Virus record (IMG/VR): IMGVR_UViG_3300032562_000004
Coordinates: 171,813 to 235,812 of that record
DNA: 64,000 nt
Strand: one strand, 5' to 3'
Shown in pieces: positions 36,487 through 45,954 of this stretch. Every line of letters begins with the position of its first letter. Position 1 is the stretch's first letter. The notes under the pieces were generated by a model, which searched no databases, was not told the origin of the DNA, and saw only the letters and a list, made by a program, of their open reading frames with translations. Position numbers and translations under genes: made by a program.

Positions 36487-36926
36487 TATGCTCTAGCTTC
36501 TTTCAAAAAACTTTGTAGCATCCAGATAAACTTGTTTGTGGCAGTTAATCTTTCAGCGATAAAATTTGCGATATCTTGCTTGTTCTCTGCTGTAGCAGCC
36601 GCAAAACATTCATTAAGAAGGTTGATCATAACATGGGAATCAGCTAGTAATTCCTCAAGCATGAGTTGTGCTCTAGGCACTTTAGTTTGGTCTTGAATAC
36701 GGGATAACTCGTTATAACGAGTAAGGCTAGCAGGAGTGTATTCTCCCAGGGTGCGGATAAACTCCCCGAGCGGGTCAACGGCAGAATATGCGTCCTCATA
36801 CACTTTTTGTAGGAATTTATGATATTGATAGAAGTCTTTGCCTTCTACATTAAAATGAAAGAAATGGGCTTTTAAGTAATAAGCGAAGTCACTCGCGAGT
36901 AAAATTTTCATCAATTCAGCCAGCAT
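36486..36926 (-). CDS. dps: Dps/ferritin-like DNA-protection protein
   Basis: HFFHFNVEGKDFYQYHKFLQKVYED...D..GE.IR...WML. Confidence 0.88.
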   Translation of the reverse strand: MLAELMKILLASDFAYYLKAHFFHFNVEGKDFYQYHKFLQKVYEDAYSAVDPLGEFIRTLGEYTPASLTRYNELSRIQDQTKVPRAQLMLEELLADSHVMINLLNECFAAATAENKQDIANFIAERLTATNKFIWMLQSFLKEARA

Positions 36927-36948
36927 TTTAAATCCTTTAAATTATATA

Positions 36949-36969
36949 TTATTTAGTTAAAACTAAATA
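36949..36969. promoter_or_regulatory. Back-to-back TAAATA late promoters (inverted repeat)
   Basis: TATTTAGTT-AA-AACTAAATA serves dps (minus) and the HNH gene (plus). Confidence 0.65.
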
Positions 36970-37031
36970 GAAGTGTAGTTCGCGGATCTCGACAATCCCA
37001 ACTACTCTAACGCTTATAAGGAGCAATCAGC
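36961..37031 (+). promoter_or_regulatory. Late promoter plus conserved structured leader of homing endonuclease (copy 2)
   Basis: AACTAAATAGAAGTGTAGTTCGC-GGAT-CTCGACA-ATCC-CAACTACTCTAAC...AAGGAG. Confidence 0.8.
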
Positions 37032-37613
37032 ATGAGTATTTACAGAAAAGATAGCTACCATCGTAAAATATACGAGGATCACTATGGGCCAATTCCAAAA
37101 GATTCAGAAGGTCGTAGCTACGAAATACATCATATAGACGGAAATCACGAAAATAACAACATTGATAATCTTCTCTGTGTAAGCATACAGGAACATTATA
37201 ATATACACTATTCTCAAGGAGATTTCAAGGCTTGCCTTATAATGTCTAAAAGAATGGACATTTCTCCGGAAGAAAAATCGAGGCTAGCAAAAATAACTAA
37301 CGCAGGCAAAAACAATCCAAGTTATGGGATTTATTGGTGGACTAATGGAGTTGAAGAAAAGAAATCAAAAACTCAACCGGGACCAGAATGGACTCGCGGA
37401 AGATCTGCTATATTAAAAACTCGTGTATCGTCTACTATAGTTAAAAAGGATATTCGAGCAGGGGCAAAAAATACAAGTTATGGAAAATATTGGTGGACTA
37501 ACGGAATAGATAGCATTAAATCAGATAAGTGCCCAGAGGGATATTACAGAGGGGTAGGAGAAATACAGAGAATGAAGTCAAGAAATAAGTTGGCTAAATC
37601 TTGGATTTTTTAG
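37032..37613 (+). mobile_element. Free-standing HNH homing endonuclease, antisense to flanking genes
   Basis: YEIHHIDGNHENNNIDNL...EHYNIH; two YG.YWWTNG repeats. Confidence 0.88.
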
Positions 37614-37806
37614 TTGATTTGTATGCTTTATATTCTTTAGGAGTATTAGGAGTAAGATCGTTAGTTTCGACACCTGTAAAGAATGAGCCCTGGGGTATTC
37701 TTCGCTGTACGGCTCCTAGAGGAGTAGCCACGGGCGCAATACTTCCTGCGCTAGTACTAGCTACACTGGCGTCTTCTTTTAACCCTATAATTTCAAATAG
37801 TTTCAT
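37594..37806 (-). CDS. Small late protein (MKLFEIIGLKEDASVASTSAGSIA...)
   Basis: 70-aa ORF with CTS-like N-terminus. Confidence 0.6.
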   Translation of the reverse strand: MKLFEIIGLKEDASVASTSAGSIAPVATPLGAVQRRIPQGSFFTGVETNDLTPNTPKEYKAYKSTKKSKI

Positions 37807-38090
37807 TCTAAAATCCTAAATTTTAAGTTATCTATAACTGCTCCGGGCCCGTATTCTACTTTTAAACTTTTAACATTTAGTTGGGCTAAATGCGGGGCAA
37901 CTAACTCATAGCGTAACGTGTATTCACCCGGTTCGGCACTAATTTGTAAATCTTCTTCCAAAGCACTATCAGTCCAAATCCATGTACGTTCTGCAAATAA
38001 TTCGTCATTAACATACAAACGATAGATAGGACTTAATCCTTCCCAATCGCAGTCAATATTACTCAGTATACGCACAAATTTTTTGCTCAT
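37803..38090 (-). CDS. Hypothetical (probably structural) protein
   Basis: 95-aa beta-rich ORF after TAAATA. Confidence 0.65.
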   Translation of the reverse strand: MSKKFVRILSNIDCDWEGLSPIYRLYVNDELFAERTWIWTDSALEEDLQISAEPGEYTLRYELVAPHLAQLNVKSLKVEYGPGAVIDNLKFRILE

Positions 38091-38108
38091 ACTGTATTTA
38101 GCGGAATT

Positions 38109-39914
38109 TTATTTAGGTGCGGCAACTAATCGAACATTCTGTGCGATATCGCCTCTGTAGCCGTGTGTTGATTCAGGGTCATCTGCCCCGGTATTGATAG
38201 GTTTGTTAGTTTTCATATTAAATGCGTAAACATTTAATGAACGCCCATAACGTTGTTCTAAATCTTGCCATACTCTTTGGCCGCCTGGGGATTGATATTT
38301 GTCACTAACTAGCGTAAGCCCTTGGTTTTTAACCAACCAAGCATACAAATCTGCGGCACGAATAGGAGCTTTAGGACCTCCATATATACCAAATATTTCA
38401 AATGAATGTGGTTTGTTTGTTCCGCTAATGGTCATTTGACTAACGCGAGTTTTAGGATCAAAAACGGAGTAAGCAGAATCGTTACCCTTGTCCCACTTAT
38501 ATACTTCTAACTGTCCTAAGTTCCCTACTAAGTTACCAAGTAAACGTTTTTCTTTACCTGGAGGCACTGGTTCGCCTTTGTTTACTAAACCTGACTTGTC
38601 TTGATTTTTAGTTTTGATATTGTTATGATAAATCACTTCACTTAACTCTCGTTCTTTATTTACGCGAGCCATATGCTGATCATATGTTTCTTCATCATCG
38701 TCTGACTCTAAGGGAACATAAGCTGGCATAGAAGTCATACCCATATCTCTAGCAGCCACAGCTCTGTGGTTGCCGTCAATAATCCAGCCTTCATTATCTA
38801 CTACAATAGGTTTATTTTTAATGTCTTGTGCTGTAATATCTTTAACATAATTGTAGTCAACTAAGTTGATTTGATCGTACGGACTAACTTCATCTGAATC
38901 TATATGTAAACTAGTTAGAGGTACCGTAGTGAGTTCCCATTTAGCATGATTCATTACAGCATGGTCTATAGTAAATTCATCTTTAGGATGTATTTTTTTA
39001 ACATAAGACAATATTTCTTTGTTACTTTCTTCGCTGACTGGTTCCCATGACATTGGTTTAGCACCTTTAGCGACGGGTTTAAAACCATGACGCTTATATA
39101 ACTTAGTTAATGAGGCTTGACTTACATTACCCTTAGCCCAAGGATACAATGTTAACTTAATACCCGCTTCTTGTGCTTGACGCTGTAGCTCTTTAATAGC
39201 ACGACTACCAACACCTTTGCGTTGTTCGGGCCCGGCCATGATCCAATCTATTTCTACTGTATCAGGTTTCATACTAGGTTTGAGTTTGAACGCGGCAAAT
39301 TGCTGATCTTCGCCTTCTCCCCATACCATAACTTTATCTGCTTGACCATACGGCCAATCAGGATACTGACTATATACCCTGTCAATAAATTCTTGTGCTT
39401 TATTTGATTCTACAGCTTCATTTAAATTTTTTTTTAAAAAAGTATCGGCTAACTTTTTACACAGTAATTTAATCTTGCTATTTTCTGTAATAATGATTGT
39501 AAACTTTTCTTGGGTATTATCTTGTGATGGATCACTATACCCGCAATAAGCTAATTTGATATGTTTTTCATTTAATAAATCTGTACAGCTAACGCCATAG
39601 CGATTATCGCCAGTATCTTCACAGCATGGGCTCAGTGTAGTAATTACAATACTGCCCTTTGGCAATTCTCCGTACTCTTCTTCATACTTGTCTATGGCTG
39701 CTCGTTCCGCATGGATTCTTGAATTTCCATATAGATAATTTACACCAGTGACTAATCTACCCCGAGTATCTAATACCGCGGCGGCTACCATACCATAAAA
39801 GTCTGGATTATCTTGTTGTCCTTCGATGACCATATCGCAAAGCTCAACAAGAACTGCGTCTAGTTTTTCACGACTAAACTTTAGTTTAGGTTGGATAAAA
39901 TCGTTTAAAATCAT
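38109..39914 (-). CDS. Multi-domain protein: Zn-deaminase + GNAT + ParB-like + GNAT-like
   Basis: HAERAAI...TLSPCC..C; QRKGVGSRAI; PIVVDNEGWIIDGNHR; SDKYQSPGGQRVW. Domains joined at LNE, VSEE and LSE. Confidence 0.8.
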   Translation of the reverse strand: MILNDFIQPKLKFSREKLDAVLVELCDMVIEGQQDNPDFYGMVAAAVLDTRGRLVTGVNYLYGNSRIHAERAAIDKYEEEYGELPKGSIVITTLSPCCEDTGDNRYGVSCTDLLNEKHIKLAYCGYSDPSQDNTQEKFTIIITENSKIKLLCKKLADTFLKKNLNEAVESNKAQEFIDRVYSQYPDWPYGQADKVMVWGEGEDQQFAAFKLKPSMKPDTVEIDWIMAGPEQRKGVGSRAIKELQRQAQEAGIKLTLYPWAKGNVSQASLTKLYKRHGFKPVAKGAKPMSWEPVSEESNKEILSYVKKIHPKDEFTIDHAVMNHAKWELTTVPLTSLHIDSDEVSPYDQINLVDYNYVKDITAQDIKNKPIVVDNEGWIIDGNHRAVAARDMGMTSMPAYVPLESDDDEETYDQHMARVNKERELSEVIYHNNIKTKNQDKSGLVNKGEPVPPGKEKRLLGNLVGNLGQLEVYKWDKGNDSAYSVFDPKTRVSQMTISGTNKPHSFEIFGIYGGPKAPIRAADLYAWLVKNQGLTLVSDKYQSPGGQRVWQDLEQRYGRSLNVYAFNMKTNKPINTGADDPESTHGYRGDIAQNVRLVAAPK

Positions 39915-39915
39915 T

Positions 39916-41256
39916 TTAGTGGAACATTAGGAAACTGTTGATTACATCCAATCTGTTGGCAGCACGGTCTCCGTGTCCTGCTGGAAATATAACCACATTC
40001 CACTTAGGTTTAGGGCCTTCAGGGATGGTTAACATCTGATCGTATGTGATAATTGATGCTGGATCAATTTTATATCTAGTGGCCAACATTTTTTTAAATT
40101 CTTCCCATGCTTCGGGACTTTTAACCTGTGTACGACCTTTGGCATCTTTAACATATTTCCCTTTAGCATCCGTAACAAACAATGTGCGGAACAAGTCTTT
40201 GGGTAATGTTACAGCATCTTTAACTGCATTTCCTTGAGCTTTGTGTAGTTCAATTTGCTTTTCTTCACCGCGCTTACTTCCCGAACTAAAGTTAACAATA
40301 AAATTATCTGGTTTGTTGGCAGTTGCAGCCGCGGCTATTTTTGTATAAGCATAAAATTTTACATCTGGATTAGTACGAGCAACGTTAAATGCTAGATCTA
40401 AATATTCTTTACTAAAGAAATCTCCAGCATCATGCCAGCGTACAACTAATCTAATACCATGCTTGTCTGCTTTGCCTTTAAGACCTTGTATTTCTTTGTT
40501 AACCATGGCCATATATCCAGCAGGGTCATTGACTAAAAAGTTTAATGCTTGTGCGGCTGACATGCTACTAGCAGGGAACATTACATATCCACCTTTACGA
40601 GCGTAGCAAAATAATTGACATCCGCCAGCACCAGGGCAAGTAGTAATTTCTACAAAATCGCCTGTTTCCTCGTCCACAACAACACCGCTTAATGCTGGCA
40701 ATGTTAAGTCATAAACAATTTCGCCTTCTGTAGCACTCTTACTCATTTTAGCATTAGTGCCTAATAATGAACGAGGACGGGTAGTGATTTGACGGGCCAA
40801 ATCATCTAAATCCCATTCGGTACCTTCGTCATCTTTAGTAATTGCTTTGATATTGCTACCGTGTATGATTGGAGCAAATCTATCTTTCTTTGTCTTAGTA
40901 CCAGTTTTAATACGATCGGCATAGCCTTGTAACTCATCGCGACTCATTCGGCGATGTGGAGCATTTAACCCAATAGCTTCATTTGTAATTTCTTCTACAT
41001 TTAAAATTTTAGCCCCGGGGTGGTGAATCTCAACTTTATGTTGTGCGATTCGTGCGCTCTGAGCTTTGACCTTAAAATGTTTTGTGACACCGTATATATT
41101 TGCTGTAATTCTAAATTGTTTATTAAATTGGCCGGCTGCTAATAACCCACTAATGTCAGATTCTTCAACACCTTGATCTTCAATATGTAACGGAGTGACT
41201 TTAAATCCACCTAGTGTTGTTTGTGCAGATTCAAAGATAAATTCATGGGCTTTCAT
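39916..41256 (-). CDS. Gene-product-88-like protein with a CTS-like N-terminus
   Basis: MKAHEFIFES; TCPGAGGCQLFCYA; VRWHDAGDF; YAYTK. Confidence 0.7.
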   Translation of the reverse strand: MKAHEFIFESAQTTLGGFKVTPLHIEDQGVEESDISGLLAAGQFNKQFRITANIYGVTKHFKVKAQSARIAQHKVEIHHPGAKILNVEEITNEAIGLNAPHRRMSRDELQGYADRIKTGTKTKKDRFAPIIHGSNIKAITKDDEGTEWDLDDLARQITTRPRSLLGTNAKMSKSATEGEIVYDLTLPALSGVVVDEETGDFVEITTCPGAGGCQLFCYARKGGYVMFPASSMSAAQALNFLVNDPAGYMAMVNKEIQGLKGKADKHGIRLVVRWHDAGDFFSKEYLDLAFNVARTNPDVKFYAYTKIAAAATANKPDNFIVNFSSGSKRGEEKQIELHKAQGNAVKDAVTLPKDLFRTLFVTDAKGKYVKDAKGRTQVKSPEAWEEFKKMLATRYKIDPASIITYDQMLTIPEGPKPKWNVVIFPAGHGDRAANRLDVINSFLMFH

Positions 41257-42731
41257 TAATACGTCCTTTTAAATAATTCTAATTCTTCCATCATCCGATG
41301 GACGATGCCATCTGGACGAAGTTCTTGTGGTTTACCTTGTGCGTCGGTGTCTAATAAAAATGCATTAGCACAACGACCAATTTCTCCTGGACGCACATCA
41401 ACAGTTAGCGCCATTAAGAAGCGTGGATCTTTTGCTTCTGCGGCTGTTGGAATATAGCCCGTAGCTTCATTTAATTCGATAGCCATAAACAATTCAGGAT
41501 GTAGTTGAGCATACTTACGCATCAATACACCAGCTTTGGCATTAGCTTCATTTTCATATGGACTGCCATCTTCTCCAGCGTCTGCTGGAACTGGTCCTAT
41601 TTCATTTTGTTTTTGATGTACAAGTTCGTGTGCTACAGTTCTTAATACATCCATAATATGACGGCCGCCTACACCAACTTCAAGTTCATTGGTTCCATCA
41701 TTGTAGCGTCCAAAAGTTTTGTTTCTTACGGACCATTGTGGGTCACGACGAATTCTTAAGTTAATTTCTTTTTTTAATTTTAAATGGGAAACACAAAAAT
41801 TAATAAAATCTTCAATAATGTCTTTGTCATTATGTTTGTCTTCGTTAGCAAACATACAAGTACTAGGATTGGTTCCGTCTGGAGTAACACCAACTTCATC
41901 TAATTGTGCTTCGTTGGTAAACTCGGAAGTAGTAGGATTAGTACCGTCTGGTGTAATGCCAACTTCTTCGATATAGTCAGGACCAAAACCATATTTTACA
42001 GGAGCTTGTGGCTTACGCTCTTTTAAACTTAACTCTTGGCTTCTTGCTTCTTTACGAGCATTATGTAACTTTTTCAATTCACCACTATTGCGTAGTAATT
42101 TGAAGGCTAAATTTTCTGGGCCAAACTCGCCGTGATTAGCTAGTCCTGTACCACGCATATTTTTAATTTTATCTAATAGAGCATTCATTTGGTCTATAGA
42201 TTTAGATTTAATTGCTTGTTTAATACGCTTACTTAAATCCTTGTATTTGCTCTTAACGCTCATATCATCGATATCAGCGTGTTTGCGTCTAGGAATTTGT
42301 ATCCATTCGTTATCTACAATACTGTAAATTCCTTGACTATGATGTTCTTCGCTTATGTCCTGTACATACAATTCAACAGGAATACCTTTAATAGTAATTT
42401 TATGTTCGTTGTTATAGATAAACTTTTTAGCATCAAAAAGTTCACGATATATTTCTTTGTTTTCGTCATTGCCTAAATCTACAATTAAATGTAAATCTAT
42501 ATCAGAATGTGGAGTATAAGAAAATGCGGCATTACTACCCGAACTTGTTATATCTTTTAAATTTAAGTTGTCGACGCCAAGTGATTCAGCAAAGTCTGAA
42601 GCAATAGCTAATAACTGCTCACGGATTTCAGGATGTAAATGTTCGCTTTTATCCCATAATAAAGGATTAAGTTTATCGTGAAATTTAACTGCGTCTGCTA
42701 AATTGAAGGATTCTAATTGTTCAATGTTCAT
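41256..42731 (-). CDS. Pol-beta-like nucleotidyltransferase fused to a zincin (HExxH) domain
   Basis: SGSNAAFSYTPHSDIDLHL...PVELYVQ; RTVAHELVHQKQ...ENEANA. Confidence 0.8.
   Translation of the reverse strand: MNIEQLESFNLADAVKFHDKLNPLLWDKSEHLHPEIREQLLAIASDFAESLGVDNLNLKDITSSGSNAAFSYTPHSDIDLHLIVDLGNDENKEIYRELFDAKKFIYNNEHKITIKGIPVELYVQDISEEHHSQGIYSIVDNEWIQIPRRKHADIDDMSVKSKYKDLSKRIKQAIKSKSIDQMNALLDKIKNMRGTGLANHGEFGPENLAFKLLRNSGELKKLHNARKEARSQELSLKERKPQAPVKYGFGPDYIEEVGITPDGTNPTTSEFTNEAQLDEVGVTPDGTNPSTCMFANEDKHNDKDIIEDFINFCVSHLKLKKEINLRIRRDPQWSVRNKTFGRYNDGTNELEVGVGGRHIMDVLRTVAHELVHQKQNEIGPVPADAGEDGSPYENEANAKAGVLMRKYAQLHPELFMAIELNEATGYIPTAAEAKDPRFLMALTVDVRPGEIGRCANAFLLDTDAQGKPQELRPDGIVHRMMEELELFKRTY
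41841..41970 (-). repeat. Tandem duplication of a ~23-aa module EVG(I/V)TPDGTNP(T/S)T..F.NE
   Basis: Two copies visible in both protein and DNA. Confidence 0.85.
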
Positions 42732-42748
42732 TAATATATTTAGCGTAA

Positions 42749-42783
42749 AAAACAAAAGCCGTTACAGACTTAACTGTAACGGC
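42749..42783 (-). terminator. Rho-independent terminator immediately followed by a TAAATA promoter
   Basis: GCCGTTACAG-TTAAGT-CTGTAACGGC-TTTTGTTTTTT. Confidence 0.85.
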
Positions 42784-42809
42784 CTTTGCCCGTTTATAAA
42801 CTACCCAGT

Positions 42810-43745
42810 TTATTTTTTCTTTTTGCCTTTGCTTGAAGCAACTACAGTAGCTTTAGGAGCTTCTGGTGCTGCTACAGGAGCGTCAGATACAGCGGCTGCC
42901 TGTGCTTGGGCTGGTAATGACTGTGCTGGTTGCTGATTACTAATAGCCAAAGAATGTAAGTCTTTGTATAGTTGATCTTGTGTAGCATAGTCAAATACAT
43001 AGGTGCCTGTGTGCTTGAGCAATACACGCTTGTCTACCCAAACTTTACCACCTAAATCACGCCAGTTTTCGCAGAATGTCCAGTCTTCACTGTAATAACG
43101 ATTCTCGCGAACTGCTGTGTCAAAATATGTTTTCATATAAACATTTAACTCTGGTGGCAAACCAATATCAGAGTTGAAAGGCTTAACTGCTGGGTGGGCA
43201 TTTAACTTCTCAAATACGCCACGCTTCATTAAGAGGAATCCTGTGCCAGTTTTAGTAACTTCTTGTAAGCCATCTGGGCCTTCTTCGGCACCGTCAAATC
43301 CATTAACACACCACTTAACTGGTAAGGATTTCATTGGATACAAACCGCCAATAACATCTACGTCACGATTTAACATAACGAGCAAGTGCCATGGCTCCCA
43401 ACCGATGTCAGCATCGATAAACATTAAGTGTGTTGAATCTGGGTTAGAAAGGAACTTAGCAGTAAGAGTATTACGAGCACGACTAATCAATGACTCATTG
43501 GTCATAGTTTCCATAGTCCAATCAATGCCTAATTGACGGGCTGTATTTGCCCATTTAATGTAGCTCATAAATGTAGATTCAGTAAGCATACCACCATAAC
43601 AAGGCATACAAATATGTACACGGGTAGTTTTTAAGTAATCAATGTTGATTTGCACTTGGCCTGCTTGTGGAGCTGACGGTGCTTGTGCTGTTGGGGTAGC
43701 TGCTTCTGTGGTTGCATCTAGGTTAGTTTGTTGGGTTGATACCAT
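42810..43745 (-). CDS. GT-A glycosyltransferase-like protein with Ala/Pro-rich ends
   Basis: HICMPCYGG, NESLISRARN, MFIDADIGW, SEDWTFC. Confidence 0.75.
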   Translation of the reverse strand: MVSTQQTNLDATTEAATPTAQAPSAPQAGQVQINIDYLKTTRVHICMPCYGGMLTESTFMSYIKWANTARQLGIDWTMETMTNESLISRARNTLTAKFLSNPDSTHLMFIDADIGWEPWHLLVMLNRDVDVIGGLYPMKSLPVKWCVNGFDGAEEGPDGLQEVTKTGTGFLLMKRGVFEKLNAHPAVKPFNSDIGLPPELNVYMKTYFDTAVRENRYYSEDWTFCENWRDLGGKVWVDKRVLLKHTGTYVFDYATQDQLYKDLHSLAISNQQPAQSLPAQAQAAAVSDAPVAAPEAPKATVVASSKGKKKK

Positions 43746-43791
43746 GGGTTCCTCTTATAAATGTGTAACATATTTACACGAGTAAGGAGAC

Positions 43792-44730
43792 CTAGTAAAA
43801 TTTTCTGTCGTCTAATTGAATATAAACTTCGTTAATAGGAATAGCTATTTGATTGTTTTTTATTATAGATTTAAATCGCTTATTTGTTACATCAGGATCT
43901 AGTCCAAAATACCTAGCCATATCTTGTTGGGTAGCTATTCTAAGATCCATAATCTTTTCAAATCCATGATATTTAATTCGCGGAGTTGTGTGTGGAAAAT
44001 GTGATCTCATCATAATTGTTTTAGCAGGCACATCGATTGACCCTGATTTTAATATGTAAGGATTGTTTATTAACATCTGATTAACAGGATCTTGAAGATA
44101 TGCGCTATGTATTTCTGATGTTGTTTGATAGAAAAATACGCTGTGATTTAAACTATTTTTCCTACACCATTCTAACGGAGCAAGTGAGCCGATATCGTAG
44201 GTATCGCATACAGGATCATTATTTGGATCAACTTCATTATATATTTTTTGTTCTAACCCTAGCCCAGCACTTTTGCCACCAAAAATACCAAATCCATTCA
44301 TATCTTCTATGTGCTGTAATAGTTCAATTGTATAGTATCTAAAAACATTATTCGACACAAGATTTTGATTAAGATATTTCTTGTAGCCTTCTTTTAAAAA
44401 AGACAGCATATCAAATTCAAAAAATTTGTACTCAACCTTATTTGCTTCGCACCAACTAATAGCGTAACTTATATCGTGTGTGTTTAAATCGTCTGGAAAT
44501 TTGGCAATCAATGCCTTGAAAGGAATATTTGCGTTTTTAAATGTGCTAGCAACAACTTCACTATCAATCCCGCCAGACATACATACCCAAATATCTTTAG
44601 TGGTCGATTCTGCTATAGTGGTAGCAGCAATTTTAATTTCTTCAATCCAAGATAATGGTTTTCTAACACAAGGTGAGTACCAAATTTTGAAGGCAATAGG
44701 ATCGTAATTTATACCAAAACTTTTATACAT
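43792..44730 (-). CDS. Second PP-loop ATP pyrophosphatase-like protein
   Basis: VCMSGGIDSEVV. Confidence 0.65.
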   Translation of the reverse strand: MYKSFGINYDPIAFKIWYSPCVRKPLSWIEEIKIAATTIAESTTKDIWVCMSGGIDSEVVASTFKNANIPFKALIAKFPDDLNTHDISYAISWCEANKVEYKFFEFDMLSFLKEGYKKYLNQNLVSNNVFRYYTIELLQHIEDMNGFGIFGGKSAGLGLEQKIYNEVDPNNDPVCDTYDIGSLAPLEWCRKNSLNHSVFFYQTTSEIHSAYLQDPVNQMLINNPYILKSGSIDVPAKTIMMRSHFPHTTPRIKYHGFEKIMDLRIATQQDMARYFGLDPDVTNKRFKSIIKNNQIAIPINEVYIQLDDRKFY

Positions 44731-44739
44731 TATTTGTTT

Positions 44740-45558
44740 TTAATAAAATTTTCGACCAGTTTTTTCGTCGATGAAATTAGGAATTAAATCTTCTTCAAAA
44801 CTTCTATAGCAATGTGCGGCGGTGCGTTCTGCTAGAATTGTTGACTCTAATAATTTTGCTAACTTGGCTCTATGTTGTTTACTTTCATTGCGTACTACTG
44901 GCATAGGTTGATCAATTACATCGCCGTCAAGGTCAGGCTGTTGAATTACTATGTCGCGAGCTTTTTGTGCTACGCCTAATTTCTTATCAAATAATTGTTG
45001 TAGGGCAGTATCATCAGTACCATATAAGTCATGTAAGATTTGTTTACGATCCGCTTCGCTACCATTAGAATACATATTGCGTATTGCTGAAGCAGAGTCA
45101 GCATCTTTGCCTCTAACTTTAAATGTAACAGTTGGAGTAACCATTACATAAGCGTGTTTGGTCAACGGTTGAAGTTTGCCATCTTTAGGATAAGGTTGCA
45201 TATAACTTGGCTCACCGTTCTTTTTAACACCAAACTTGAAGCGTGGATTTTCGCCCATGTCTTTTTCTGATACAGCAAACACTAACGCAGTATTTTCTGG
45301 ATCTGGAATATCTTTTGTAATTTCTTGTGCTTGATAAGGATTGCGTACTTGTACAATGTGACTAGCAGGTATTCCTATTTTTGTAAGCATCTCTACTTTG
45401 TCAGCAAAACTAAAGGGATTTGTCACAGGAGCAGTTACATCAGAAGTAGCTACATACACATTTTCAGCACCAAATTTCTTAGCTAGATAATCGTAGCTAG
45501 ACTTATGACCTTTGTGGCCAGGCTGAAATCTTCCGGGATATATTACAACTGTACGCAT
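44740..45558 (-). CDS. HxGH nucleotidyltransferase-like protein
   Basis: YPGRFQPGHKGH, NPFSF, SASAIR. Confidence 0.75.
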   Translation of the reverse strand: MRTVVIYPGRFQPGHKGHKSSYDYLAKKFGAENVYVATSDVTAPVTNPFSFADKVEMLTKIGIPASHIVQVRNPYQAQEITKDIPDPENTALVFAVSEKDMGENPRFKFGVKKNGEPSYMQPYPKDGKLQPLTKHAYVMVTPTVTFKVRGKDADSASAIRNMYSNGSEADRKQILHDLYGTDDTALQQLFDKKLGVAQKARDIVIQQPDLDGDVIDQPMPVVRNESKQHRAKLAKLLESTILAERTAAHCYRSFEEDLIPNFIDEKTGRKFY

Positions 45559-45575
45559 TCTAATATTTAGCTATA

Positions 45576-45944
45576 TTAGAATATTACGTTTGCTGAATTA
45601 ATAGTTCCGCCAGTAAAGGATGATACATTGGCTCGCAACCATACGAAATTGCCAATCATATTAATAGCTTGGGTATCTGTAGTAGCTACATTGGCATTAC
45701 CGTAAGTTTCAATTCTGAACCATTCAGCTTGCTGAGTCCAATCGTTCAAACTACCTTCTATAGTAAGAACACCAACAAAATCTGTTGTTTGAATCATAGC
45801 TGTTTGAGCAGATCCTTGTCCGCCATAGTAATTTGCGGCTGGAATAGCATTACCATAAAATTGTGTATTAGCCCCATTATAATTACCAGATGGGATTCTG
45901 TATGTAGTTGGAGGCAATAAACCTTCATTAGTAAAAGTCGTCAT
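45576..45944 (-). CDS. Probable virion structural protein
   Basis: Beta-rich T/G/N composition; flanked by TAAATA motifs. Confidence 0.55.
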   Translation of the reverse strand: MTTFTNEGLLPPTTYRIPSGNYNGANTQFYGNAIPAANYYGGQGSAQTAMIQTTDFVGVLTIEGSLNDWTQQAEWFRIETYGNANVATTDTQAINMIGNFVWLRANVSSFTGGTINSANVIF

Positions 45945-45954
45945 AGTATATTAT

